Assembly (NCBI GenBank): GCA_028288595.1
Contig: JAQBNK010000033.1
Coordinates: 26-64,025, forward strand
Length of the DNA: 64,000 bases
Source: Chitinophagaceae bacterium
Lineage (GTDB): Bacteria; Bacteroidota; Bacteroidia; Chitinophagales; Chitinophagaceae
Direction: 5' to 3'
Under the pieces are notes generated by a model, which saw only the letters and a list, made by a program, of their open reading frames with translations, was not told the DNA's origin and made no database searches. The position numbers were made by a program, and so were the translations under genes. Positions 1-9,014 of this stretch are shown here, piece by piece; the stretch's first letter is position 1; each line of letters opens with the position of its first letter.

Positions 1-385
1 TCATGCGGCGGCTATCAGGATTATTTTTTATTTGATTAATCACATCAGTGACCTGGTCAACGGTCTTTCCATCGGCACCTTCCCAGCTTCTCCATTGCTT
101 ACCATACACCGGACCTAACTCTCCGTTTTCATCCGCCCATTCATTCCAGATACTTACACCATGTTCATTTAAATATTGAACATTGGTTTCGCCCTTTAAG
201 AACCAGAGTAATTCGTAAACAATACTTTTCAGATGTAATTTTTTGGTCGTCACCATAGGGAAACCTTCCTGCAGGTTAAAGCGCAACTGGTATCCAAAAC
301 AACTTTTCGTTCCTGTTCCCGTGCGATCAGATTTTTCTGCGCCATTATCTAAAATATGCTGAAGTAGCCGGAGGTATTGTTGCAT
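1..385 (-). CDS. thyA: thymidylate synthase, N-terminal 128 codons (C-terminus lies beyond the window start)
   Basis: Reverse strand from the ATG (revcomp of 383-385) reads [72 protein letters not shown]...[13 protein letters not shown]...NPDSRRM. This is colinear with the E. coli ThyA N-terminus. It is absent from the ORF track because no stop codon lies inside the window. Confidence 0.9.
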   Translation of the reverse strand, partial: MQQYLRLLQHILDNGAEKSDRTGTGTKSCFGYQLRFNLQEGFPMVTTKKLHLKSIVYELLWFLKGETNVQYLNEHGVSIWNEWADENGELGPVYGKQWRSWEGADGKTVDQVTDVINQIKNNPDSRRM

Positions 386-467
386 GAGTGCAATCTACAT
401 TCTAAGAAAGAAAAAAACTATCGTGAAAATTCAGTGTGGAAAAATTGCGGGATGTACTGGCATTCAA

Positions 468-1658
468 TCATTTCATTATACCACGCCGCTGCATTTCTTT
501 TTTTATCAGCGATAATTCCCGGCCGGTCTGCCCGCTCATGCTGCTGTTCTCCTGTGCACGCCGCATCAGGTAGGGTATCACATCCCGTATGGGGCCGAAG
601 GGTAAATATTTACTTACCGAACATCCCGCTTTCGCAAGATTAAATGTGATGTTATCACTCATTCCGTATAACTGCGAAAAATGTACATGTGCATGATTTA
701 ACGGAAGCCCTTTCTGTTCAAGCAGTTCAGCAGCTATTTTATTACTGTGCTCATTATGTGTAGCAATGATTACCGCAATATTATCCAGGTTCTCTATTGA
801 ATAAGTAACGGCCGCATTGAAGTCTCCATCGCTTGCATCTTTATTTAGCTGTATAGGTGACTGATAACCTTTTTCATTCGCCCTTCTTCTCTCTTTTTCC
901 ATATAGGCGCCACGAACGAGTTTTACTCCGAGGATAAAATTTTTCTGACGGGCTATCTGGTGAGACATCTTCAAAAACTGCAGGCGGTCATGGCGATACA
1001 ACTGGAAAGTATTATAAACGATCGCCTTTTCATGGTTAAATTCCTCCATCATTTCCATCGTCAGCCTGTCTATCGGGTCCTGTATCCAGCTTTCTTCAGC
1101 ATCCACCAAAACACCGATCCCTTTTTCTGCCGCTACTTCACATACATCATACATCCGCTCCCGGAGCCTGTCCCACTCCTCTGTTTCAGCTTCATGATCA
1201 TGCACACCGCTTCTTAATCTCGGTGCTTCATTTAATGTGCGCAATAATTCATAGCGGGCAAAACCTGTTACTTTGATACTGATGAAAGGAATATTTTTTT
1301 GTGAAGCCGCATAGTTGATCACTTTGATGAACTGCTCTTTAGCTCTTTCAAAATTTGCTTCCCCCTCTTTTCCTTCTACACCATAATCGAGTATCACCTG
1401 TACATTATATTCTTCAAGTGTTTTTGCTATAGCGGCGGTTTGTTCTAATGTTTCACCACCAACAAATTGCTTGAAAATTGTTTTACGAACAAGGCCGTCA
1501 ATAGGCAAACCCGTTTTCATTAAAAAAGGTGTGAACCGTGTACCTAAAGCCACGAGCCAGCCAAAATCCATCGTATTAAACAGCCACTTCGCCTGCTTCA
1601 ATTCTTTATTGGATTTATAAGCGAATGCAACTTCCGTATTATCAAAAGATAGGTTCAT
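468..1658 (-). CDS. proline dehydrogenase (monofunctional PRODH type)
   Basis: ORF with PRODH barrel motifs (VILDYGVEG, ISIKVTG, VLVDAEESWIQD, LVRGAYM, ATHNEHS, FSQLYGMSD). The start at MNLSFDNTEVAF (ATG 1656-1658) is preferred; an upstream in-frame ATG at 1716-1718 is the alternative. Confidence 0.85.
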   Translation of the reverse strand: MNLSFDNTEVAFAYKSNKELKQAKWLFNTMDFGWLVALGTRFTPFLMKTGLPIDGLVRKTIFKQFVGGETLEQTAAIAKTLEEYNVQVILDYGVEGKEGEANFERAKEQFIKVINYAASQKNIPFISIKVTGFARYELLRTLNEAPRLRSGVHDHEAETEEWDRLRERMYDVCEVAAEKGIGVLVDAEESWIQDPIDRLTMEMMEEFNHEKAIVYNTFQLYRHDRLQFLKMSHQIARQKNFILGVKLVRGAYMEKERRRANEKGYQSPIQLNKDASDGDFNAAVTYSIENLDNIAVIIATHNEHSNKIAAELLEQKGLPLNHAHVHFSQLYGMSDNITFNLAKAGCSVSKYLPFGPIRDVIPYLMRRAQENSSMSGQTGRELSLIKKEMQRRGIMK

Positions 1659-1880
1659 AAAATTCTTTCCGGTGCGAATATCGGTAGTAGCCGGATAAGT
1701 AAAAAATGCAGTTTCCATCTACGAAGCAAGGCGTAGAATTTATTTTTTATGGGACGGGCTTCGGTCCTTTTCCCGGCATCCGTTGTGTCACACTCTTGTA
1801 CGTTCTGTTCTTTATTGAGCTGGCGCACTGCTTTCAAATTACTTTTTGTTTTAAGACCATTGTAAAACCACACAAACATT

Positions 1881-1991
1881 TGACTATTGACTATTGACTT
1901 GCCAACCGCCAACTGCCAACTGCCAACCGCCAACTGCCAACTGCCAACCGCCAACTGCCAACTGCCAAACGCCAACCGCCAACTGCCAACT
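1881..1991. repeat. phased heptamer tandem array: tgactat, tgactat, tgactt(g), then 13 x gccaac(c/t)
   Basis: Read directly. 1901-1991 is 13 consecutive 7-nt units with a 21-nt super-period (gccaacc gccaact gccaact). It lies in the divergent region between the proline dehydrogenase and thioesterase genes. Confidence 0.95.
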
Positions 1992-2017
1992 TCATTATCT
2001 TCGCACAAATTTTACTC

Positions 2018-2530
2018 ATGGATGCCCGCAAACCAAGTGACAGCTTTATCATAATGAACGAACTGGTTTTACCGAACGACACCAACACTTTCGGAAATCT
2101 TATGGGCGGCAGGCTGATGTACTGGATGGATATCGCCGCCAGCATTGCCGCGGGTAAACATTGCAACTCCCCCTGCATGACAGCCAGTGTCGATAATCTC
2201 AGTTTTAAGAACCCGATCAAGCTGGGCAATATTGTTCATATTGAAGCCAAGGTTACAAGAGCGTTTAACACATCAATGGAAATATTTCTAAAAGTCTGGG
2301 GCGAAGATTCTTTGCACCAGTATAAATATGAGAGTAACGAAGCCTACTTCACATTTGTAGCACTCGATCCCAACGGAAAACCAAGAAAAGTGCCACCTGT
2401 AACTGCAGAAACCGAAGAAGAACAACGCCTGTATGACGGCGCTTTAAGAAGAAGACAACTCCGTTTAATTCTCGGCGGCAAAATGAAAGCAGAAGATGCG
2501 AATGAGCTGAAAGCGCTGTTTATTAATTAG
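2018..2530 (+). CDS. acyl-CoA thioesterase (hotdog fold, YciA/BFIT-like)
   Basis: 170 aa. ELVLPNDTNTFGNLMGGRLMYWMDIAASIAA ... ASVDNLSFKNPIKLGNIVHIEAKVTRAFNTSMEI is a typical hotdog thioesterase core. Confidence 0.85.
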   Translation: MDARKPSDSFIIMNELVLPNDTNTFGNLMGGRLMYWMDIAASIAAGKHCNSPCMTASVDNLSFKNPIKLGNIVHIEAKVTRAFNTSMEIFLKVWGEDSLHQYKYESNEAYFTFVALDPNGKPRKVPPVTAETEEEQRLYDGALRRRQLRLILGGKMKAEDANELKALFIN

Positions 2531-2645
2531 CAAATTCGATAATTAGCAAATTAGCAAATGAATATGCCATTCTGCTGATAATTATTAGCACTCTTTAAAT
2601 GCAGGGACCTCATTTGCTAATTAGCTAATTAGCTAATTTGCTAAT
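2527..2645. repeat. long inverted repeat built from 8-nt words (ttagcaaa / tttgctaa) spanning the gap between convergent stop codons
   Basis: The left arm 2527-2561 (ttagcaaattcgataattagcaaattagcaaatga) pairs with the right arm 2610-2644 in 32 of 35 positions, with a roughly 48-nt loop. The thioesterase stop TAG (2528-2530) lies inside the left arm, and the acyltransferase stop (2647-2649, minus strand) abuts the right arm. Confidence 0.85.
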
Positions 2646-2646
2646 T

Positions 2647-3414
2647 CTACTTATCCATTGCACTCATCAAATGATGTCTTCCCTTCATCATAAATTTTTT
2701 ACTCTGTTCTATTGCATCCATCACCTGCTCTAAAATAATATCTACCGGCTGAGAATAATCCAGTTCAAGCGGTTCTTTAAATCTTACCGATAAAACAGAT
2801 CCTGTTTTTTTAAATTTCAACCCTTGTTTATTAAATGCTCTCCAGAACCCATTAATTACAACTGGTACAACAATAGGTTGGTTATTCTTAATAATATAGG
2901 CAGTTCCTTTTCTTCCGGGTGCAAATGGTTTTGTTGTTCCCTGCGGAAAAGTGATCACCCAGCTTTTACGCAATGCTTCATCGATCTTTTGTGTATCTGA
3001 CTCATCCCGTTCTCTTTTCACTTCTTTACCTTCTGCCCTCCAGGTGCGTTTTACTGTTAGTGCGCCGGCAATTTTAAAGAACCTGCTCATCCAGCTTCCA
3101 TTCATAGTTTCTTCTGCCGCTACAAAATAAATATTGGTAAAAGGGTTCAGTAAATAATAAGGAATGCCCAGTTTATTTTTCTTACGCCACTTAACGGCGC
3201 AGAAAATATGAACGAACATAATTACATCGGCGAAATAGGTCTGGTGGTTACTGACAAATAACACATTACTGGAAGGAAGCCTGTGTAAATATTCTGTACC
3301 TTCTATTTTAATGCGATTCATAATGGCGATCATAGGATAAGTAAAAAGTCCTATGATGGCATAAACAGGTGCACGGATCAGTTTAATATGCTTTAGCTTC
3401 TCTGCTATCTTCAT
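2647..3414 (-). CDS. lysophospholipid (1-acyl-sn-glycerol-3-phosphate-type) acyltransferase family protein
   Basis: 255 aa. It has an N-terminal membrane helix, an NHQTYFAD box (a variant of the H-x4-D acyltransferase motif) and FPQGTT (an FPEGTR-like block). Confidence 0.7.
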   Translation of the reverse strand: MKIAEKLKHIKLIRAPVYAIIGLFTYPMIAIMNRIKIEGTEYLHRLPSSNVLFVSNHQTYFADVIMFVHIFCAVKWRKKNKLGIPYYLLNPFTNIYFVAAEETMNGSWMSRFFKIAGALTVKRTWRAEGKEVKRERDESDTQKIDEALRKSWVITFPQGTTKPFAPGRKGTAYIIKNNQPIVVPVVINGFWRAFNKQGLKFKKTGSVLSVRFKEPLELDYSQPVDIILEQVMDAIEQSKKFMMKGRHHLMSAMDK

Positions 3415-3552
3415 GGGGGAATTTTACAGGCAATCTTTACAAATGTACATTGCAAATGAATTGTTAAGGCACTAAAATTGTTTATGTAATCAAACACTTT
3501 CTTTCATCCCTTATTAAACAGGTTATTTTCTGACTTTACTAAAACAAATACG

Positions 3553-4272
3553 ATGAAAAAAATTTTCGCTATCGCACTGACTGTTCTCACCCTGAATTAT
3601 GCAGTTGCCCAGGAAGTTAGACAACAAAGGACTATTAATGTTAGTGGCTCTGCCGAAACAGAAGTAACCCCAGACGAGATCTATGTGCAAATAGATCTTA
3701 GAGAGTATGATAAAAAAGGTGCAGGAAAAGTGGATATACAAACGATCCGCAATCACTTCTTAAATAATGTAAAAGCGCTGGGTATTCCTGAAACCGATAT
3801 TAGTGTGCAGGGCTTTAGCGGTTATGATAATTATTATACCTGGTACAAAAAGAATAAACAAAAAAACCCGGACCTGAAAGCGTCCATTAGTTACGTGGTT
3901 AAATTCAGCAGCATAGCAAAGATGGATGAGCTCGTAGCTAAACTGGATGATGAAGCCACGCAAAATTTCTATATTCAGAAAGTTGATTACAGCAAAAAAT
4001 TTGATCTGAAAAAACAATTGAAAATACAAGCCGTAAAAAATGCAAAAGAAAAAGCCGCCTATCTCGCTGAAGCAATTGGAGAACAGGTTGGCGGCGCCAT
4101 CACGATCAACGAACCTAATGAAGTTACCGGCTGGCCGCAACCACGTGTTTATGCAAATTCCATGATGAAAGTCGATGCTGTGGAATCTGCACAGGCTGCA
4201 CCAGCGATGAATGTGGATTATAAAAAGATAAAGATCCAGTTTGATGTGCAGGTGACGTTTGCATTGAAATAA
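3553..4272 (+). CDS. secreted SIMPL-domain (DUF541) protein
   Basis: 239 aa. It has a signal peptide (MKKIFAIALTVLTLNYAVAQ) followed by the SIMPL-like layout (INVSGSAETEVTPDEIYVQI ... KNAKEKAAYLAEAIGEQVG). Confidence 0.7.
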   Translation: MKKIFAIALTVLTLNYAVAQEVRQQRTINVSGSAETEVTPDEIYVQIDLREYDKKGAGKVDIQTIRNHFLNNVKALGIPETDISVQGFSGYDNYYTWYKKNKQKNPDLKASISYVVKFSSIAKMDELVAKLDDEATQNFYIQKVDYSKKFDLKKQLKIQAVKNAKEKAAYLAEAIGEQVGGAITINEPNEVTGWPQPRVYANSMMKVDAVESAQAAPAMNVDYKKIKIQFDVQVTFALK

Positions 4273-4297
4273 GGAATAGCGATCAAAATTTATTCGA

Positions 4298-4951
4298 ATG
4301 CTTGATACGGTGATCTTCGATATGGATGGTGTGTTGATTGACAGCGAGCCGCTGTGGGCAGAAGCTGCTGATGAAGTTTTAAAAGAATTCAATGTTCGTT
4401 TGTCCAAAGAACAATATGCAACCACTGTGGGTATGCGCACCAAAGAATTTATTCAATCCTGGTTCGCACATTATAATATAGCGGAAGAACATTGCAGCAT
4501 GGCTGAGAAAAAAATAGTGGAGATCATTCTTGAAAAAGTAAAAACAAATGGCGCAGTAATGCCAGGCGTGGATTATATTTTTAATTTCTTCAAACAAAGG
4601 AATTTTAAAATAGGATTGGCGTCTTCTTCGCCGATGGAATTGATTGATCTTGTTGTTGAATTAACGGGCATTAAACCGTTTTTAAATGGTATCGCTTCCG
4701 CGGAGGATCTGCCTTATGGCAAACCGCACCCGCAGGTTTATTTGAATTGTGCAGAAAGTTTGGGTTCTGAACCTGTTAACTGTATTTGCTTCGAAGATTC
4801 TTATAATGGCATGATCGCGGCTAAAGCTGCTAAAATGAAATGCGTTATTGTTCCTGCACATGCACAATTGAAAGATGAACGCTGGGGCGCTGCTGATCTT
4901 AAACTTTCTTCGTTGCAGAATTTTGGGGAACTGCATTTAAATTCTTTATAA
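4298..4951 (+). CDS. HAD-IA family sugar phosphatase (beta-phosphoglucomutase / hexitol-phosphatase-like)
   Basis: 217 aa. HAD motif I is FDMDGVLIDSE, motif II is LASSS, and motifs III/IV are the GKPHP ... FEDSYNGMIAAKAAKM region. Confidence 0.8.
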   Translation: MLDTVIFDMDGVLIDSEPLWAEAADEVLKEFNVRLSKEQYATTVGMRTKEFIQSWFAHYNIAEEHCSMAEKKIVEIILEKVKTNGAVMPGVDYIFNFFKQRNFKIGLASSSPMELIDLVVELTGIKPFLNGIASAEDLPYGKPHPQVYLNCAESLGSEPVNCICFEDSYNGMIAAKAAKMKCVIVPAHAQLKDERWGAADLKLSSLQNFGELHLNSL

Positions 4952-4960
4952 AAAGCCCTT

Positions 4961-5368
4961 ATGCCAACTGCCGGATATTCCTCAACTCCCTTATTTAAAA
5001 AACTTGGTTTAAAACCTAAGATGAATGTTTTATTCATCAACGCTCCGGAAGCATACAAAGAATACATTTCAGAAATTTATAACGACGTGCAGATTTCCAA
5101 ACAAAAGAAAGAGCTCGATTTCGTTCATCTCTTCACCAACAAAATTTCTGAATTTGAAAGGCAACTGAAGCAATTGAAAGATGCCATTAAAAAAGACGGA
5201 ACGATCTGGGTTTCCTGGTATAAAAAAGCGGCGAAGAAACCAACAGAATTAACTGAAGATATTATTCGGGATACCGCATTAGCAATTGGATTGGTAGATG
5301 TGAAAGTTTGTGCCGTTGATGAAGAATGGTCGGGATTGAAATTGGTGTATCGTTTAAAAGACAGATAA
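4961..5368 (+). CDS. DUF3052-family conserved protein
   Basis: 135 aa. TAGYSSTPLFKKLGLKP ... WVSWYKKAAKKPTELTEDIIRDTALAIGLVDVKVCAVDEEWSGLKLVYRLKDR matches my recollection of the DUF3052 consensus. Confidence 0.65.
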   Translation: MPTAGYSSTPLFKKLGLKPKMNVLFINAPEAYKEYISEIYNDVQISKQKKELDFVHLFTNKISEFERQLKQLKDAIKKDGTIWVSWYKKAAKKPTELTEDIIRDTALAIGLVDVKVCAVDEEWSGLKLVYRLKDR

Positions 5369-5371
5369 AAG

Positions 5372-5414
5372 TTGAACCACAGAGACATTGTGGCGCTGTG
5401 TCTCTGTGGTTCAA
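5372..5414. repeat. perfect 16-bp inverted repeat (hairpin) between convergent genes
   Basis: ttgaaccacagagaca (5372-5387), an 11-nt loop, then tgtctctgtggttcaa (5399-5414). It starts 4 nt after the DUF3052 stop. No T-tract follows, so it is not called as a canonical terminator. Confidence 0.8.
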
Positions 5415-5499
5415 AGAAAAGTTCCTCAAAGAACCGAACGTTCAAATGTCCCGCCGTTGGCGGCAAGGAACGATCCCAGGGAAAACTAAAGCCGGGGTC

Positions 5500-5534
5500 A
5501 AAAAAAGATCCCGCTCATTGCTGAACGGGATCTT
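5500..5534 (-). terminator. intrinsic terminator of rpsA
   Basis: The stem is aagatcccg (5505-5513) with cgggatctt (5526-5534). On the minus strand it is followed by a 7-T run (complement of A 5500-5506), 23 nt downstream of the rpsA stop. Confidence 0.75.
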
Positions 5535-5556
5535 ATTATTTAAAAAGAATTAACGA

Positions 5557-7488
5557 CTACTCTTCAGTTTTAGGTTCTGCAGGTCCGCCTTCTTCTTTCT
5601 TTAATTTTTCTTTGATCTGTGCTAAAGCTCCAAGATCGCCAAGTGTTGCTTTCTCCACTTTACCCTGAAGTGTTTTCACGGCTTTCTTAGTGTTGTCAGA
5701 TTCCACTTTTGCTTCTTTCTTGGCTACTTCTTTCTCTTCTGTTTTAGCTTGTTCCCAGATGCGTGTATGGCTAACGAGAATGCGTTTTTCGTTGCGATCA
5801 AATTCGATCACCATGAATTGTGCTGTCTCATCTGCATTCACCGTTTTACCGTCTTCTTTGAAAAGGTGACGGCTAGGTGCAAACCCTTCCAGGCCATACT
5901 GTAACTGAACGATAGCGCCTTTATCATCTTTGCGTGTAACCGTTCCTTCGTGAACCGTTCCTACTGCAAATGTATCTTCCAAAGAATTCCATGGATCTTC
6001 TTCCAGTTGTTTATGACCGAGCTGAAGTTTGCGGTTTTCTTTATCAATACTTAAGATAGCGATGTCTATGTGCTCACCCACTTTTGTATATTCAGAAGGA
6101 TGATTGAAACGTTTCAGCCAGCTTAAATCGCTGATGTGTATCATTCCACCGATGCCAGGCTCAAGCTCAACAAACACACCGTACGGTGTAATGTTTTTCA
6201 CTAAACCTTTATGCTTGCTGTGTTCAGGGAACTTAGTTTCGATAGTGCTCCATGGGTCCTCGGATAATTGCTTAATAGAAAGACTCATTTTGCGTGCATC
6301 TTTATCTAAGGTCACCACTTTGGCTTCATGCTCATCTCCTAATTTGAAGAATTCTTTCGCATTGATCGGCGTGTTAGCCCAGGTAATTTCACTTACGTGA
6401 ACAAGACCTTCAACACCAGGAAGTATTTCAAGGAAAGCACCGTAATCTTCAATGTTCACTACTTTACCTTTCACTTTAGCGCCTTCTACAACTGCTTCAG
6501 GCAGCACATCCCAAGGGTGCGGAGTTAATTGTTTCAGACCAAGACTGATACGTTTTTTGTCGTCGTCGAAATCTAACACAACCACTTGTAATTTCTGGTC
6601 CAGTTTCACCACTTCTGCAGGGTGAGAGATACGTCCCCATGAAATATCGGTGATGTACAACAGGCCATCCAAACCGCCAAGGTCCATGAATGCACCGAAG
6701 TCTGTAATGTTCTTCACAGTTCCTTCTAACACTTGTCCTTTTTCCAGTTTGCTCATGATCTCTGCACGCTGTGCTTCGATATCGCTTTCTATAAGTGCTT
6801 TGTGAGATACAACGGCATTCTTAATTGCTTCGTTGATCTTCACCACTTTAAATTCCATTGTTTTACCAACGAACTGATCGTAATCAGTTACAGGTTTCAC
6901 ATCGATCTGGGAACCCGGTAAGAATGTTTCCATACCGAATACGTCAACGATAAGACCACCTTTAGTTTTGCTGGTAACAGTACCGGTAATGATCTCGCCG
7001 GTTTTGTGAACTTCAACGATACGCTCCCACGCACGGAAGATGCGGGCAGATTTACGGCTAAGGTGTAAGTGACCCTGCCTGTCTTCTTTTTCAACCACCA
7101 TCACTTCAACAGTGTCGCCGATGTTTACACCCGGCAGATCACGGAATTCGTTCAGTGATACAAGACCATCGCTTTTAAAACCGATGTTAATTACAGCGTC
7201 TGTTTTAGTAAGGGCAACGATGTTACCGTTTACAATTTCGCTGTCTTCAATCTGAACAAAAGTGTTGTCGTACACTTTGTCATACTTCACTCTTTCATCT
7301 TCCGGGTAATGGCTCACATTACGTTTGTCGATACTCCAGTCAAAATCATCATGCGCAGTCTTCGCGATCGTTTCCGCGACAGGCTGTTGTACAGGTACAT
7401 TTGATGTCGCTGTAGCAGTAGATTCAGCCGTAGCCGTTTCCTGCTCCTGTTCTTCAGCGTTTGGGTTAACAATATTGTTTTCAGACAT
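5557..7488 (-). CDS. rpsA: 30S ribosomal protein S1
   Basis: 643 aa with six tandem S1 OB-fold repeats (for example GxVxGxVxxxxxxGaFVxL patterns: GTVKNITDFGAFMDLGG, GKVVNIEDYGAFLEILPG, GLVKNITPYGVFVELEPG). Confidence 0.95.
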   Translation of the reverse strand: MSENNIVNPNAEEQEQETATAESTATATSNVPVQQPVAETIAKTAHDDFDWSIDKRNVSHYPEDERVKYDKVYDNTFVQIEDSEIVNGNIVALTKTDAVINIGFKSDGLVSLNEFRDLPGVNIGDTVEVMVVEKEDRQGHLHLSRKSARIFRAWERIVEVHKTGEIITGTVTSKTKGGLIVDVFGMETFLPGSQIDVKPVTDYDQFVGKTMEFKVVKINEAIKNAVVSHKALIESDIEAQRAEIMSKLEKGQVLEGTVKNITDFGAFMDLGGLDGLLYITDISWGRISHPAEVVKLDQKLQVVVLDFDDDKKRISLGLKQLTPHPWDVLPEAVVEGAKVKGKVVNIEDYGAFLEILPGVEGLVHVSEITWANTPINAKEFFKLGDEHEAKVVTLDKDARKMSLSIKQLSEDPWSTIETKFPEHSKHKGLVKNITPYGVFVELEPGIGGMIHISDLSWLKRFNHPSEYTKVGEHIDIAILSIDKENRKLQLGHKQLEEDPWNSLEDTFAVGTVHEGTVTRKDDKGAIVQLQYGLEGFAPSRHLFKEDGKTVNADETAQFMVIEFDRNEKRILVSHTRIWEQAKTEEKEVAKKEAKVESDNTKKAVKTLQGKVEKATLGDLGALAQIKEKLKKEEGGPAEPKTEE

Positions 7489-7782
7489 AAAATAATCCGG
7501 CGTTTTTTATTCCGGGGTGCAAAGATAAGAAAAAACGGCTTTCTGAAAGGGTTTGAAAGGAATTTAAGAGCAATTTTTATCCGGCTTAAGCTACTGAAAA
7601 TGAAAGGTTTGGAAACCAGCCAAACAATTCTATTGGGCACCCGTTGCTACGCTCAGTTTATCGTTCGCCTGAACAGCAGCTTCAGAGCAGGTATTAGGGT
7701 AGAACCACAGAGGCACGGAGAACACAGAATCTTTACAAAAGGAACACAAGGAATGAATATCTTAATCTCTCAAACGCTAAAC

Positions 7783-8232
7783 ATGAAAACACTAATTGCA
7801 ATCTTATTCATCAGCATACTCATCTTATCCTGCAGCCAGCAATCAAAAACATCAACCCAACCAATCGCCGGCACGTGGAAACTCATCACCGGAACGCTAA
7901 CAGAAAAAGGCAACACCGTTGTTACTGACTATACTAAAAACATCTCCTTCATTAAGATCATCAATGAAACTCATTTTGCTTTTTTACAACACGATCTTAC
8001 CAAAGGAAAAGATTCTGCAATTTATGTTTCAGGGGGTGGCCGCTATACACTTACCGATAGCACTTACACCGAACATTTAGAATATTGTTCCGCAAGAGAA
8101 TGGGAAGGAAATGATTTTAAATTCACTATCAAAATAAATGGAGATACGCTCATTCAACAAGGAATTGAGAAAGTTGAAAGCGCCGGAGTTAACAGGATAA
8201 ATACTGAAAAATATGTAAGGGTAAAAAACTAA
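7783..8232 (+). CDS. small lipoprotein, possibly lipocalin-like
   Basis: 149 aa from ATG 7783. It has a lipobox-type signal (MKTLIAILFISILILSC) and a GTWKLITGT beta-rich body. The upstream part of the track ORF (7600-7782) runs through a repeat word and is not counted. Confidence 0.6.
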   Translation: MKTLIAILFISILILSCSQQSKTSTQPIAGTWKLITGTLTEKGNTVVTDYTKNISFIKIINETHFAFLQHDLTKGKDSAIYVSGGGRYTLTDSTYTEHLEYCSAREWEGNDFKFTIKINGDTLIQQGIEKVESAGVNRINTEKYVRVKN

Positions 8233-8255
8233 TTCGTACCGAAAATTCAGTCAAC

Positions 8256-8882
8256 ATGACCGTTATCGCCAAACTAGCCTCCTCTTTAAACCGCAGGGAT
8301 GAAGTTCCCAACCAGGAACTGGCTAAAACTATTGCTGCGGGCAACGATAAAAAAGCGGTAAAAGAATTATTTGAAAACTTAAAGAATAAAGACAAGGCTA
8401 TACAAAGCGACTGCATAAAAGTGATCTATGAAATTGGTGTGCTGAATCCAAAATTAGTATCACCATTTTCTAATGAACTCGTTGCATTGCTCGACACTAA
8501 AAATAATCGTTTGCAATGGGGAGCAATGACAGCACTAAAAACCATCACCGACGAAGATCCAAAAGCCATTTATTCGGCGTTAGCAAAGATCATCAGCGTT
8601 GCCGACAAAGGCTCAGTGATCACCAATGATAGTTGCGTGGCCATCCTCGTAAAACTCTGCAAAATAAAAGAATATGCAAAGCAGGCTTTTTCATTGCTGA
8701 ATGAACGTTTATTGATAAGCCCGACCAACCAGCTTGCCATGTATGCAGAAAATTCGTTGCCGGTGATCACCGATAAATACAAGGCGATATTTATTAAAAC
8801 TTTAAACTCCAGGCTCGGAGAAATCGAAAGAGACACGCTGCGGTTAAGAGTTGAAAAAGTGATCAGAAAACTAAGTAAATAA
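8256..8882 (+). CDS. hypothetical helical-repeat protein
   Basis: 208-aa ORF with good coding appearance and helical (HEAT/ARM-like) character. I recognise no diagnostic motif. Confidence 0.5.
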   Translation: MTVIAKLASSLNRRDEVPNQELAKTIAAGNDKKAVKELFENLKNKDKAIQSDCIKVIYEIGVLNPKLVSPFSNELVALLDTKNNRLQWGAMTALKTITDEDPKAIYSALAKIISVADKGSVITNDSCVAILVKLCKIKEYAKQAFSLLNERLLISPTNQLAMYAENSLPVITDKYKAIFIKTLNSRLGEIERDTLRLRVEKVIRKLSK

Positions 8883-9014
8883 AATGCCGTCAGCATCTTC
8901 CCGAGCTACCGATCGGTCGACTTTTCTTTCGAGAACTGCCCCGGTACATTTGATTAATCGCATCAAATGATTAAATTTATTTTCTCCATTATTATTAAAC
9001 TAAAACTTTCCGCT

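Noticed and set aside
377-643. 88-aa plus-strand ORF between thyA and the proline dehydrogenase gene.
   Set aside because: It overlaps the 3' end of the well-supported minus-strand proline dehydrogenase ORF. It is Cys/Ser/His-rich low-complexity sequence with no recognisable domain.
1655-2229. Two overlapping minus-strand ORFs (117 and 112 aa) containing WQLAVGS / WRLAVGS peptide repeats.
   Set aside because: They are translations of the GCCAAC(T/C) heptamer array. They overlap the thioesterase start and the proline dehydrogenase upstream region, and show no coding signal beyond the repeat.
3760-4443. 227-aa minus-strand ORF.
   Set aside because: It is entirely antisense to the SIMPL and HAD genes. 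Its Phe/Ile-rich composition is typical of the reverse frame of A-rich coding DNA.
5326-5553. 75-aa plus-strand ORF (…KVEPQRHCGAVSLWFKE…).
   Set aside because: It reads straight through the 16-bp hairpin and the rpsA terminator. The EPQRH peptide is the translation of the gaaccacagag word.
7600-7782. N-terminal 61-codon extension of the lipoprotein ORF.
   Set aside because: It contains the repeat word and no signal. A Met followed by a clean lipoprotein signal peptide starts at 7783.
8947-8969. Small palindrome catttgat-n7-atcaaatg upstream of the DUF4242 gene, as a possible operator.
   Set aside because: It is a single short AT-rich palindrome with no second copy in the window, so the evidence is insufficient to call a regulatory site.
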